A stretch of DNA of 64,000 nucleotides from Pelomyxa schiedti. Lineage: Eukaryota > Protista > Evosea. The translations under genes and the position numbers were made by a program. The stretch lies in NCBI GenBank assembly GCA_020536535.1, contig JAHLWZ010000725.1, forward strand, positions 6,904 through 70,903, written 5' to 3'. Each line of letters opens with the position of its first letter. Position 1 is the stretch's first letter. Shown one piece after another: positions 28,880 through 41,835 of the stretch. The notes below the pieces were generated by a model that was given only the letters and a program-made list of their open reading frames with translations, was not told where the DNA came from and ran no database searches.

Positions 28880-31800
28880 ATGTCCGGCAAACGAAGAGGC
28901 GGAAAGACCAGGGGAAACAACCGCGGGCCGAAACGACGCAGGACTGAGGACGAAGACTCGTACTACGCCGAACCAAGGCCTTCTTTCGGTATTACTCTAG
29001 TCCCATAATTGCGTGCTTGAGTAGTGCTGTAAGGGTGTTAAGTCATGTGGCTGGTGGATGGTTTTCCTATTGTTTTTTTTTGGTTTTTGCTTTTCCCTTG
29101 ACCACAGAGGGTTACCATCTTTTTGACCACTTTTTCTTTTTGTAAATCACAGTACAACCTGCTCATCAGAGGTATCCCACAAAACGTGGCCTACAGCAAC
29201 AACGAAAAGCATTGAAAGCTACCAACCAAAGTGCTCTTTCCTCCCCTCCTTCCCCATCAGGAAACAAACACACAACACCAAATGATACACACCCAAGCTT
29301 CTCTAAAGGAACCAAGACTGCAATAACAAAATCATCCACAGACACAAAAGCGAAAGCAACAGGAAAACCCAAACCAACCCCAAAAACAAAATCAACATCC
29401 ACCCAGCTTACCTCAATAACAACCTCAACATCAACAGCAGCAATTGAGAAAAAACCCAGTGCTCCAAAATCCAAATCAGCTCCAAAATCAGAACCAACAT
29501 CCAAAATCACCAAGGCAATTAAATCCAAACTAACCACTACCCCCAGTACTACCGTGGCACCCAAGAAAAAGAAAAAAACTGCAGGGAAGAAAAAGGCATC
29601 TGACCAACAACTAACTGGCGCTTCACAAGTCGCTCAGTCTACACCAAAGACCTCTACAAAGTCGGCCCCCAGGAGTACGGATCCAACAGGTTCCTGCCCA
29701 TACAATCCTATTTAATCCAGCTGCGAAATTAACAAATTTCTACAAGTATCTCCATTTGACAAATTACTCTCAATGATATCAACAACATCGACCACTTCTT
29801 CTCGCTTCTCTGTAGCAAAAAATGATATCCCTTCACCTGCATCTGTGTTAAGTGAAAATCCACCTACACTGATAGTTAATAGCACAATCACTACCAAAAG
29901 TAACCTAATTCTTTGCTTTTTAAACTACTAACTTACACGTAGAAAACACTCCCACCTTGGAAAGTGCGGCAGCAAGTGTTGTCTCTGTATCTCCATCTAT
30001 CACATCTCCCAAAGCCGTTGAAGTACCCATAAATACCAAGGCCTCTCACAAGAAGCCACTCAGAGGCAGGAAACAAAAAAAGGCAGTGAAATCGACTGAT
30101 CCAGAAGGTTTGGCTCGTTGAACATCATGAAGTACTCACACACTCAAGGTTTGGAACCTCCAGCAAACAATGCCAAATCACACACTACAGCAAGCACTGA
30201 CGAGAGTAGTGTACAAGAAGACAACAGTCTAGAGACAGGAAGAAAACTAGATGATGCCTTTGCGTATCCAGCTGCAAAAAATGAATTTGAGAGGTCTTTT
30301 ACATACCCTTACCTAACCTCAAACCCTTGAATAGATGGGCTTATAAGGAACTGCCCAATCCTCTACCTTCTGAATACCTCTCAGAGTCTGAAGGTGAAGA
30401 CAGTGACCATGAAGATAGCGAAGGAGCTACTGAGGAGGTGAATACTGCGAATGAACCAGAAGAAGGAGAGGAAGGAGAAGAGGAAGAAGTGGAAGCGGAA
30501 GATGATGATGATGACGAAGAAGGAGCAGAGGAAACGGAGCAAGTGGACGATGAGGATGAGGATGAGGATGAAGACGGAGACGGAGATGACGTGGAAGTGG
30601 ATGAAAAGGAGGAAGAGGAAGAGGAAGAGGATGAGGAAGAGGAAGATGAAGATGAAGATGAAGAAGACGAGGATGAGGAAGAGGAAGAGGGAGAGGGTTC
30701 CGAAAAAAGAAGGCCTTCTGAGGAGGACCCTGATGGGCTTGACTTTAACAACGATGAGCCAACTGACTACAACAAAGAATTCCAAGAGTTCTTTTGCCCA
30801 AAGATTCCTAAAGGAGAAAGAAATTTTCATAAAAAGCAGCTGGATCCCGTTAATGTTAACAAACTTGGTCTTGTGTGTATATAACCTGTTGTGCCCGTAA
30901 TCACATTCCTTAGGTTACAGCATCAGAGAAGATACCCAAATTGAAGAAGAAAGACTTGGTTCATATACTCTCGGTAGACCAAATCATTAAACTTATTCTC
31001 AGTAAATTGTATTATATTCATTCTTCTCACACGGTCACCAAAAGATCAAAAAATCATTAGCAGAGCAATGGACATCCTCATGTATTTGTCAATAATTTAC
31101 AACACCATCTTAAGACGACTTAGTGCCCCTTCAAATCAACCTTCTGTCTCTAATTGGGCGCTATTGGGATGTACTCTATTGCAATCAGACCTATAGAAAT
31201 AGACAGACCATTCAGGAGGCATACATGTTGCATATTTTAAACCACGTTTTGCGGTTTGTTGTTTAAAATATATTACAAAACCAACCATTCTTCAAGATCT
31301 TCCAAGATAATTGAGAGCCATAATACCAAGAACTCTACTATGTGTGTCATCTCGCATCCATGTTCTGTCCTTAGTAACATCTGTAGTCTACCTGATCAAG
31401 GTTTCACAAGACCAAAAGTGCTCATTCTTGTTCCATTAGCAAACACAGCTTTTGATATTGTACAACTTATGTTGAAAGTGTTGCCAAAGAAGTATACGCA
31501 AGTCAGTCCTATTTGTTTTGTCTCTCCTTTAAAGTACACTAGAGAGAAATCCCAGGCTATTCACACTTCCTAGAATATTTTGGAGACGAAGAACCTGAAT
31601 CCCCCAAAAAAGGAAAGAACAAAGCACGCATCAATATGACGGAATATGACAACTTATTCCGTGGCAACACTCGTGGGGCAAATTCATGCCTAAAAGATCC
31701 TACTCAAACTATTTCCAGATGATGATTACTACCTGAATGTGACCTTTGAAAAGGGCCAAGTTTCGTTAGACAAGGGTTTCTTTCTGGCAGATATTATTAT

Positions 31801-33087
31801 TGCCACTCCTATATCACTTGTAGTCTATGCAAACAACCACAATAAGTACAGTACAATCGCAAAATAAAAACCATCCTGTATTCTGACATTACCTCGCCAC
31901 AGTAACTGGGATTGGCTCTCTTCTATTGGTACATTCACCAGTTACATTTCTTGAAAAAGTGATTCAATGTAGAAATCCTAGTGGTTGAGCAAGCAGATAT
32001 GATTTTGATGCAAAACTGGGTTCATCTCCTGACTACAATGCAACACATCAATGCTATGCCAAGGGAGATACGTGTAGACATGCTTCGAGTAAGGCCGCGG
32101 TTTCTTAACAACCAGTTACGTTATTACTCTCAAAAAACCTGTGTTTATCTTATCTTATCTCAGGGGCAAGTACCATCGCCAAAATATTCTCCTGTCGTCA
32201 TTTATGACACCAGAGATCAACTCTTTGCATAGGATGTTTTTTAGAAGTAATCCCTCATTTTGGAGGCAACATCGTTAATATTTACAGATATAAGACCTTG
32301 GGCCAAAATTTCTTCTCTGCATCGAGGTGTTGCAAATAAGATAGCTTATCCCCTACAACAAGTGCACATCGTCTTAACGAGCCATTAGTTTAATCATCGT
32401 ATCCAGGTGTTTCAGCGTATTGACTGTGATGATCCTTTGAAGCTTCCTGATAAGCGGTTCACATACTTTTCTCACGAGGTTTCTCCCTTCGTTTCATTCT
32501 CCAACTCACCATGCTCAGATATTTCCAGTCATAAGGTCAAAGGCACAACAAAGAACAATCATCTATGTACCTTCCTCATTCGACTTTGTTCGTGTCAGGA
32601 ACTTCCTGCTTGACAACAAAGTGAATTTTGGGTTTCTTTACGAGTAAGGTACCCACAACAAAACTACAACTTATTTTCAACACAGGGAAGAATCCTTCAA
32701 TGACGGTGAGGCTGCAAAGAGGCTTTTTGCAATTGGAACTACACCTATCCTCCTCGTCTCCGAGAGAAGTCTGTACTTCAGGAGGTAACCCTTTTCTTTC
32801 CAGTTTACCTTCACACTCAATTTCCCACAACAAAACAACAAACCCATTCCAATTGAATTCCCCCTATCAGAGGAGCTATATATGGTGCTCAGAACTTCTT
32901 ATTCTATGGTGTACCCCTATTCCCACAATTGTACAAAGAAGTTCTAGCCTTCCCACGACGCAATGTTCAAATAACGTCCTTGATGTTATACTCGAGTTTT
33001 GAAGCAATGCAACTGTCCAGGATTGTGGGCAACGATAGAGCGAATATGATGCTCTCATCGCCAAAAAGTGCTCATTTACTTGCATAA
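28880..33087 (+). CDS. UTP25: U3 snoRNP-associated UTP25/DIEXF (multi-exon), with K/T-rich and acidic N-terminal tracts
   Basis: DQGFTRPKVLILVP, FRGNTHDDY, ADIIIATP, LSSIEILVVEQADMILMQNWVHL, YLPHSFDFVRVRNF and LVSERSLYFRR. Confidence 0.9.
30380..30710 (+). repeat. GAR/GAT-rich low-complexity tract encoding poly-Asp/Glu
   Basis: Runs of GAG, GAA and GAT inside a UTP25 exon. Confidence 0.9.
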
Positions 33088-33178
33088 CCTTGGACTACCT
33101 TTCTATGCTCAAACAGCAAGAAAAGAAAAAAAACAGAATTTATGGCTAGCATTTTACTTCCCTTTTTTGCTTTGGTAT

Positions 33179-34639
33179 TCACAAGAATGATCCACCACCA
33201 AAGTTCACTTCTGATGGGGGCAAAGAGGGGGCAGTACTGTCCACAGATGAAATGTTATTGGTGGTGGATGTTGATGTAGTTGTAGTTGTAGTTGTAGTTG
33301 TAGTTGTGCTGCCGTTGTTTATCTGCTCCACGTTTAACCTGGGTCGTTTGGGGGTTGCATGGCGGCTCTTGTGCTTGTGGCACTTGTGGTGTGTGTTGCT
33401 AGAGTGTTCCGGCGTGCAGCTGTGGGAGTGCTGTTGTTGGCGGTGTGAGTGCTCGGGTGTGGCGGCGGTTGCCGCCGCGGTGCAGTTTGATGACGGAGTG
33501 GGTGAGTGAGAGTGGTGATGCGACTGGTGTGGCCTCTTTGGTCGCGGCTGCGGTTGAGGTTGCGGTTGCGGTGGCGGTTGTGGTTGCGGCTGCGGTGGCG
33601 GTTGTGGCTGTGGTTGCGGTTGCGGTTGTTGCTGCTGCGGCTGCGGGTCAGGGTGTTGCTTGGGTTGTGGTTGCTGTTGTTGTGGTGGGGGTTGTGGTTG
33701 CGGCGGTGGCTGTGGCAGTGGCGGTGGCGGTGGCGGCACTTGATGAGCTTCGGGGGGTGCCTGTAGTGACTGCAGTTGTTGTGCCTCCGGCTGTTTTTGT
33801 GGCTCTACCTGTGGAGGTGGAGGTTGAGGTGGAAGTGGAAGTACGTTGGGCTGTGGCTGTGGTGGAAGTGTTGGTGGAGGTTGTGGAGGTGGTGGTTTCA
33901 GTTGTGGTTCTGGTTGTGGCTGAGGCTGTGGTTTTTGTTCAAGTTTTACTGTGGGGATTTCAGGTGCCGGTGCTATTTCGGGTTCAGGTTTTGCTTGCAG
34001 CCAAAGATGTTGCACATAAATGTTCAAGGACAACGAATCTTGAAAGAGAGTGAAAGATTTGATTGGTGTTATTGCTACAATAGGCTCAGACACCAGTGCT
34101 GATTGTAGCCGAGGGTGAAGAGATCGTTGGACAACAGACTCAGATTTGGAAGCAGGAACCCAAAAACTGTTATCTTGGTTGAGGGAATGAGGCTCATTTA
34201 GCTTTACAGTGAAGCGAAAGGAAAGATCTGAAGAATAATAGTTGTCAGAAGAATAGTACAAAAATGTGTATTATTGTACTGCCTTTCATACACCAATAAC
34301 ATATAAATTGGATTCTTGTTCCCACCCTCCAAAGTTACATACTTTTGAAAGGCAAAGTTGGAAGGAAAGCATCACACATATTTAACCGCATCAGAATAGA
34401 CTGTAGTGCTACTTGCAACTCCCTGAAGGATTGATCCGTCCATTTCAAACAGGAAGGATCAGTGCCAAGTCTTGAAGTTGTAGGTTAAAGGATAAATATG
34501 TTTCAACATCCTTCATACTTCAAGTCAAAAGCAAATTTCTCTACAGGACTTTCCAGCTGATTAAGTACCAAAACAGCAAATTGTTTCAACTTGCCCTTGA
34601 ATTGGTTTCCAACAAAGCAGCTTTAACACACAAGAGGGG

Positions 34640-34670
<31 letters not shown>

Positions 34671-35124
34671 AACAAGAGTTTTGGGCAAAGAAGAAAGGAG
34701 CTTTAGATGGATTGGTTGGTTCCACAGGGAGTGTGGAGAAGGAATGTATCTCAATAAATCAATTAAAAAAAAAAATAAAAATAAAAACCTCAGCCATTAG
34801 TCTCCTCACGGAAGCCATCACGTTTGTCACGTAGTCCCGCAGCCGGCCGGGGGCGGCCACCATCGCCGCTACGTTGAACACCCGCTCGGCCACGAACGAC
34901 TCGCGGGGATACACCCCCCTCGCGCAAATCACCCCGTGGGCGCAGCACTCGAGCACCACCGACAGCAGCCCGATCCCCACGCCCTCCTGCGCCCACGCCC
35001 CGCCTCCCCCTCCCCCTCCCACTGCCCCTGCCCTTTCCTTGCCTCCGTCTCCCTGCCTGCCTCCCCCACCCCCGCCGTGGTCTACTGTTCCCGTCCCGCC
35101 GCCTGCGGCCGTTGTGTCTCCCAT
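33179..35124 (-). CDS. HORMA-domain REV7/MAD2L2-like protein with long P/Q-rich tail
   Basis: AHGVICARGVYPRESF..LRDYVTNVM|GKLKQFAVLV..PVEKFAFDF, then FW..PIKS..LNIYVQ, followed by about 270 aa of PQ/H/T-rich sequence. Confidence 0.75.
33530..33940 (-). repeat. CCN/CAR microsatellite-like tract encoding PQ repeats
   Basis: Degenerate (CAACCG)n and (CCACAA)n on the minus strand. Confidence 0.85.
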
Positions 35125-35481
35125 TGGCTTATTGCAATCTGGTAACAAGAGGTATGGATGAATTGCGGTGTGGATTCACACTGTGCTATGCGAGCTTGGG
35201 TTGGTGAGGCTGTGACAGAGCTCTGCCGTTCTCCTGAGCAGCATGAGCCAGATTTGCGGCCCCTAACTTGGAATTTCCGCAAAACTCTGATTTTCGGGAA
35301 GAAATAAGTTGGTCTTTGTTGGTGATGGGTGCCGGATACTCTCAGCCCGTTTTACAGAACCCATGTGCTCAGGGAATCATTACAGGATCTAGTAACACGT
35401 GTCCTTGAACTGTTGCTTTTGGCCTCAGTCTGGTCTGTGCAGGTTTGATGACCTCCTCCAGATATAATCCGTGCACTCGAG

Positions 35482-37324
35482 ATGGACGCCATGCCGGCTA
35501 CACCGCTGTCCCCTCCCACAATTCCCAGCACGGCACGGCGGCCCCACGTGCCCATAACCACCCGCCGACGCAGACCTTCTATTCCCCACAGTCCCATAGT
35601 TCCCACTACGCCGGCGCCGCGCCGTCCGCATTTAGCTCACCGTAGGCGGCTACGTGAACAACAGCCGTCACACCTACCGTCGGCGCCCATAATCCAGCCG
35701 CGGCAGCCGTTGCTCGCATCCGATACCGACGTCGACTCCGATATCCCATCACCTATTTTTTCTGACAGTACCCCGACTGAGGCGAGTTCAATCACGACTG
35801 AAACAACATCGACTCCCCCAAATACTGAATTCCAACAATCACTTTTGCCAATGGTGAATAGCCTCACTTCTAGTACAAACATGGAGGATTCTAGCACATG
35901 TGATTTTTACACAAACAGTCATACTTCCAATGGGGCAAATGGCCACCCTGTCATGGAAAACACAGGAATGAAGTGTAGCCACAAGGCGGAGGTGATGGAA
36001 GTGACAGCAAAAAAGCCAGTGACTGGAACGCCTCCAGAACGCGGATTATCAACAAGTTGTGAGGAATCAACCACCGTGAATCGAGAGGTTCTGCTTGCTA
36101 GGCCAAGGATGAACTGGGATAATCTTCAGATGTTTAGAAGGACACTTGGCGTTCCTGCCGGTAACTTTTTTAATGTAATCTTTGGCAAACTAAACCATTA
36201 AAAGGATGCATGTCTAATTCGGACTTAAAACAACTCATCAAGTCAGACAGAACTTCCATGTTTCCTCTCTTTAGTATATCAAAGTCTTTTGAAGAGATGA
36301 GAAAACAAACGCCCCGGAGTTATGGCGCAATTGAAGGGACCTCTATAAGTGTTGTGGCCCACAGCGGGTATTTCTCAACAACTGTATTTTTGTCTTACTT
36401 TTACAGATATGCAGTGTGCCTAAAAAAGCAAACCTTTTCGGAATTCGACAAAATATCGCTTCCGCTTCAGGCAGTTCTACCTTTGCTCGCAGAAAATTCG
36501 GAGTTTCATGTGCAAAACGTGATTTTGTGGGGCTTGGATTTTGTTATGACCCAATACATCCCTGGTTTCTCCCTACGAGAGTATGTTTACCTTAATCAGC
36601 ACTACCTTTCGACCATTGAGATTTTACATGTGAGTGCCATTCATCTATTTCGCTTTTTGTGGTGAAAAATACCTTTAGTTGGCCAAAGACATTGTGCATT
36701 TCGTAGTATTCTTGACTTCTTCCGGTATCATTCCCACAGATTTGAAAGTGCGTATTGCCCGTAACTATTTGACTGGAAATCATGGCCATTCAGAGTGAAA
36801 ATGTTGTCATACACAAAGGTACCTTGTATTATATAGACGTATCGGCGTACTTGGAGGGGGAACAGCAAGGTAATTTTACCCTGACATATTTTCCAGATGA
36901 GCTTTTCAAAGTACTGTATCAAACCATTCCCCCAAGCAATAAAACCGTAAAGTCTGACAAAACCAAAAAAGGTTCCATCCAGGAAGCTGAGAAAATGGTC
37001 AATTGAGTGCACTACCTTCTCACTTGGAGCCATCATCGGGGAGCTTATGTTTGATGACACCTTGGCCGAGTTCGCCAGCCGCACATTGAGTGAGAGGGAC
37101 ACGGAGCGTCAGCACACACAAACTCTAACTCCCTTGAACACCGGCACGGACCCCAAGCTATTTGAACTTTGGAGTCAGGTACACATCCAAGTTGATAGAG
37201 TAATTTTCTCCCATGCAAACTCAAGTGTTGCCAGATGACTGAGGCTGAACCCTTTGCAAGGCCACAACTCAAGACTTGCCTGTCAACTCTTGAGGGTCTC
37301 ATAAACAAAACCAAAGTCGTTTGA
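35482..37324 (+). CDS. Atypical protein kinase-like protein (multi-exon)
   Basis: The spliced model gives AVCLKK, VMTQYIPG, GIIPTDLK|SENVV..YYIDV, TFSLGAIIGEL and EPFARP (subdomains II, V, VIb, VII, IX, XI). Confidence 0.65.
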
Positions 37325-37426
37325 GAATACAGTGGTTCAAAAAAAAAAAAAGAAAGAATAGTTTGACAAAAGAGGTTTTGTTTTTTTTGACAAAAGTGTG
37401 TTGGGTTTTATTGTAGTTGACTAGCT

Positions 37427-39029
37427 TTAGAAAATTTGAATAACAGCATCGTGAATTTTGCTTTTTTGTCCTTGACTCACACACTCAGCAACCCATACAA
37501 CGTTGCGGATCTCTTGCTCTTTGAGTTTTACATATCTACAAAAGGATTACCAAGAGGCTTTGTTGATGGGTAACATACGCATAAAACAAAGCATAACCCA
37601 TTTGGGTGTCAAACGCGGACCTGTTGAGCTCAACTTCATATTCAAAGAATGCATCCTCAAGAGACTTCTCTGTGCCGGGCCCAATGTCGAGGAAGAGCTT
37701 GCGGTAGCTCTACGGAGCAATTAGAAAGGCACAATGGACCTATTTCAAACCAGAATGTGTGAAACAGCCTCTCTGACTTGCTCGGCATCGTCCGCCCTGG
37801 CAAGCTTGATGACTCCGGCTGAAGGTGTAGGTTGGATTATTATTTTGAGATGCATGTCCATTCATACCAGGGTGCAGAAGACCTAATGAAGGATACATGG
37901 TTGCTCGGTCATCTTTTCCCAGCTCAGTGCCAAATGAGTTAAGTGTAATTGTGATAGATCTTCTGTCAGCTTCAAACTTCAAAAGAAATCAGTACTAAAA
38001 AGGAGGAGTTTGTGGATACGTTGAGAAGCTCGGACATAAGTTCTGCTGTGGCACCTCCAAGGTACTGGCAAAACCTGTTGAAGTCCTCTAGATAGGCCTT
38101 ATACAATTTGTTGCGGATAACCTCCACATTCTGCTCGTCAGGGTCAAAGTCCTGTTCGGACATGCACTGGAGAATGTAGGGGCCTATGTTGTGTTAAATG
38201 GATACTTCAATTTTTATTGTTCCCACCAATGGGTGTATCAACTAGCACATGCTTATAAAGCTCGGAAATGCTTCGGCAAGTTGTGAGACTCCCAATTGTG
38301 CGGAACATTCCAAGTGGGTGGCATCTCTCCAGAAGTTCAGCCGTGTCGCGCTGCAATCGTCAATAAAAAAAACCCTGTGAGTGGACAACCTGGTGAAGAG
38401 CTCCCGTGATAACCAGAATTACGTTATCAATCATGTAGCCATATCTTCAAGTGAATTAGACATCAAACAAAAGAACCAAACCAAGGTAAACCTTATATAA
38501 TCTAGGAAGGTAAACAGGGGCTCGGTTGCGTTGGATCGGATGTAATTGAACTCGTTGACAAACTTCTCAATGCTTTGTACATAAGAAAGAAATAAACAAA
38601 CAAAGGTGCAGTACCATTTGTCCTTAATGGTAGTTGTTGCAAGAGGGGAAGGTTCATTTGCCAAGAAGTCACCATATTCAGTCTGGGCCAAATGCATTTT
38701 CACGTCTGCCAGAGAAGAGAAGTAGGTCAAACGACAAGCACAAGGAAAATAAAAATAACTGAGAGAAGTGGAGACAATTAGACACCGTCAAGAGAATCGC
38801 ACACAGCCAAATTCGTGTAGTCATTTGCGTTGAGGAACTTGGTCCTGTTGCCCCTTACGAAAGCCTCTAGGAAGCCGTCCTCGATGTTGAACGACAATAA
38901 GTTGCCGGGCTTGGGGTCGCCGTACATAAAACCGTAGAATCCACTCCTGCCGTCGTCGACCTCTTCGCCCGAGTCGTACAACATCGACACAGCACTGGAG
39001 GTACCACTAGAACCACCCTTTCCGGCCAT
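37427..39029 (-). CDS. VMA6: V-type ATPase V0 subunit d
   Basis: [65 protein letters not shown] and [16 protein letters not shown]. Confidence 0.96.
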
Positions 39030-39619
39030 TTACGATGTTGTGTAGTTGTCGTAGATCTTGTCGGGTCGTGTTTCCGGTGTCGTGTAGTTGCTGCGCCCTT
39101 GCTCCTTGGCGTGTTGTGCAAAATAAAGTTTTCTCCAATTGATCTTTTGATTCGAGCTGCTTCTCTGTGCTATTTTAAACCTTCATCAACGCAGTTGCCG
39201 ATTTTTTTTCTTCTGAACTGCTCGAGACGGGTCCTTCCACTCGACTAGAACAGTCCCACAATCTCCTCGATCCCCCTGCGCCCCCTTCGTGCCTGGTTCT
39301 GTTGGTGTCATCATAGTTCCAACTCGCTCTTTTTTACAAAAACAGAAGCAAGCTACATTTATTGTCACTCTCTCAACTCGGGGGTCCTTATGTTCCCTAA
39401 GTTTCCTCACTTTGATCGAGGTGAGTTGTTGCTGCCTGGTCCCCAGCCAAATTGGTTTTCCAGTTTTTTTCCTCACGGAAAATGGAAGTTTGCATTTTGG
39501 TGTTGTGGCCACACGCAGCCTGTACCTTTTTTCGTTGATGACGTCGTAGCGTTGATGTTCTCCGAGCACCCACCAGCCCACAATTTGTATTTCGTTTCGT
39601 CGCACCCCACAGAGGTGAA

Positions 39620-40856
39620 ATGCGAGCTACGCCGCCCGCGGATTACCACAGCGCGCCGTCGGTGCCCCACAGGGGGCGAACGTACCAAGTCACCAGATGC
39701 GTCGCTATCGTCCTTGTCGTGTGCGTCTCCTCGGGCATCATTGGGTGGGCCTCCGTGATGCCCTACACACAAATGTACGTCACCTACACCCGCGACACCT
39801 CCGATCTGCGCTGCTGCTGCGAAGGCAGCGACGGCACAAACCTCCTCATTATGGGTGCCGCCCCACATGGACACGCAGCTGCTCCCACACCCACAATTGC
39901 GGACGGCGGCGGCGGCGCGCCCCCAACAGACACGCCGAGCACCACGAGCGCCGCCCGCCGCGGCATACCCAACCTGGTGCACAACACGTGGAAGGACGCC
40001 AACTTGCCCACAGCCTTTGCGAGGGCATCGGGATCGTGGAAGTCGTGCACCAAGGGCCACACGATGCTGTGGACTGATGAGGACAACCGCAGGCTCATTG
40101 CGGAAAAGTTTGATTGGTTCCTGGAGGACTACGACGCTTACAGGTTGGATGGGGATTATGGGATGGGCTGTGGCCGTTCCCCGCTCCTACCTCCTATTTA
40201 TTACTTTTTTTTTTTTACTTTGTTTAGCATTATTAATACCTAAAAACCAAATCAGGTACCCCATTCAGAGAGTTGATGCTGCAAGGCTGTTCATACTGTA
40301 CGAGTATGGGGGGATATACTCTGACCTAGACATTGCATGCCGCAATAGGTCCTATGTACAACTGTTAGATTACACTGGTGTGATGTGTGCAACCAGTCCT
40401 GTAGGAGTTTCAAATGACCTGATGATGTTCCCGCCAAAGCATCCTTTCCTGCTACAACTGATCACAGCCCTCAAAGGCTCTTCCCGGAAAAACTATGTTC
40501 TGCCTTACTTGACGGTTATACTAGGCGGGCCATTCTGGGTCTCCTACCAATACCTTTTGTTCAAGGAAAGAGTTGAACAAACCTGTCAATGCATCAACGC
40601 CAACGCTTCTGCTTGCAGCGCAGAAAACTGGGAACATATACACATCATTCCACCAGGACTGACGAGGAGGTACTTCTTATATTTGAAAGGCAACACCTGG
40701 CAAGCATGGGACTACTCCCTGATTTTACTTTTTGCCAGGCTTTTTTCACACCCCATTAAACTTCTCATATTCCTCTTCGCCTTGTTGTGCATTGTGTGGA
40801 TAGTTCTAAGGAAATGCTACAAAAGTAACCACCCTCAGGTCAAACTCAAGGCATAG
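39620..40856 (+). CDS. Glycosyltransferase family 32 (SUR1/MIPC synthase-like, DXD motif)
   Basis: N-terminal TM, IPNLVHNTWK, LWTDED, YPIQRVDAARLFILYEYGGIYSDLD, PVGVSND, HPF, GP and a C-terminal TM. One intron. Confidence 0.9.
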
Positions 40857-41835
40857 CAAATACCTCCCTAATTCCATACCACCCACATTTTGTAGTTGTG
40901 TGCAACAACTACAACAACAAAAAACACCTAGCAACATATCTTTAGAATTACTTACATTTGAATGACATTTTTTTTTCAAATGTGTTGCACATGGAGTGTA
41001 CAACACTCCTCATTTACTTTGTGCAAAAAATACAAAGGGGGTATGATTTGGACCGTTGTGCTGTGAAAGAAAAAAATGTCGTGTACTCATTTGCATGGTG
41101 TATTGGCACCAAGGATGTGCTGGAAATCCTCAGTCCTCAGTTTCCCCATGGAGGAACTCCACACTCAAAACCACGGGCTTCCTTCCGTGGGATATGGCAA
41201 TGTGCCGGTCGGCAACGCAAAAAAACAGAATATCGCAAGCCCTTTTTGAAGTGAGTGTTAATGCAAGTGCAACCATCGACAATGAACACTGTTCCAGTAC
41301 CGTCATAGATAATACTAGTTTCAGTGCGGCCGTAACAGCCCTGCAACTGGGGAAATGAGAGTTTCCTAGTGTTGTTGAAGACAACACTTTGACAGTTCCA
41401 GTCATGAATTGTTGACTCCTTCAAGTTCAGACACATTTAGACAGGTAATAAACCAATCCTTGGAGTTCCTTTTTCCACCCGAGCTACCATCGACGCAATC
41501 AATCACTTTGTCGATGCAGGAAAAAAGGGGGCTTGGGTGGGGCCAATGTGCTCGATACTCCAAGGCTCACTTCCTTTTGTAGAATTTTGACACACCCAAT
41601 CGCGTCTAGAGTGTTGAGTGATCGAGTGGGCAAATGTATTTCGCCTGCCAACGCACCCATCACGTCCGTTTCGGTTTCCGCGAACCCCCAAAGTCTTCCC
41701 TCAAACCTGGTCCATCGTGCTCCAAGCACGAATTGGTGTCGGCATAATTGCCCGGATAATGTGTCAGAGCCATAGGGTAATGCATTCCTCCAGAAGAACG
41801 ACTAAAATAAAAAAAATTACAGCCGTAATTTCATC

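Noticed and set aside
30341-30900. Poly-Ser and K/R/M-rich ORFs
   Set aside because: These are shadow frames of the acidic UTP25 tract.
33445-34102. Val/Ala and Trp/Leu/Arg-rich ORFs
   Set aside because: Antisense shadows of the PQ repeats.
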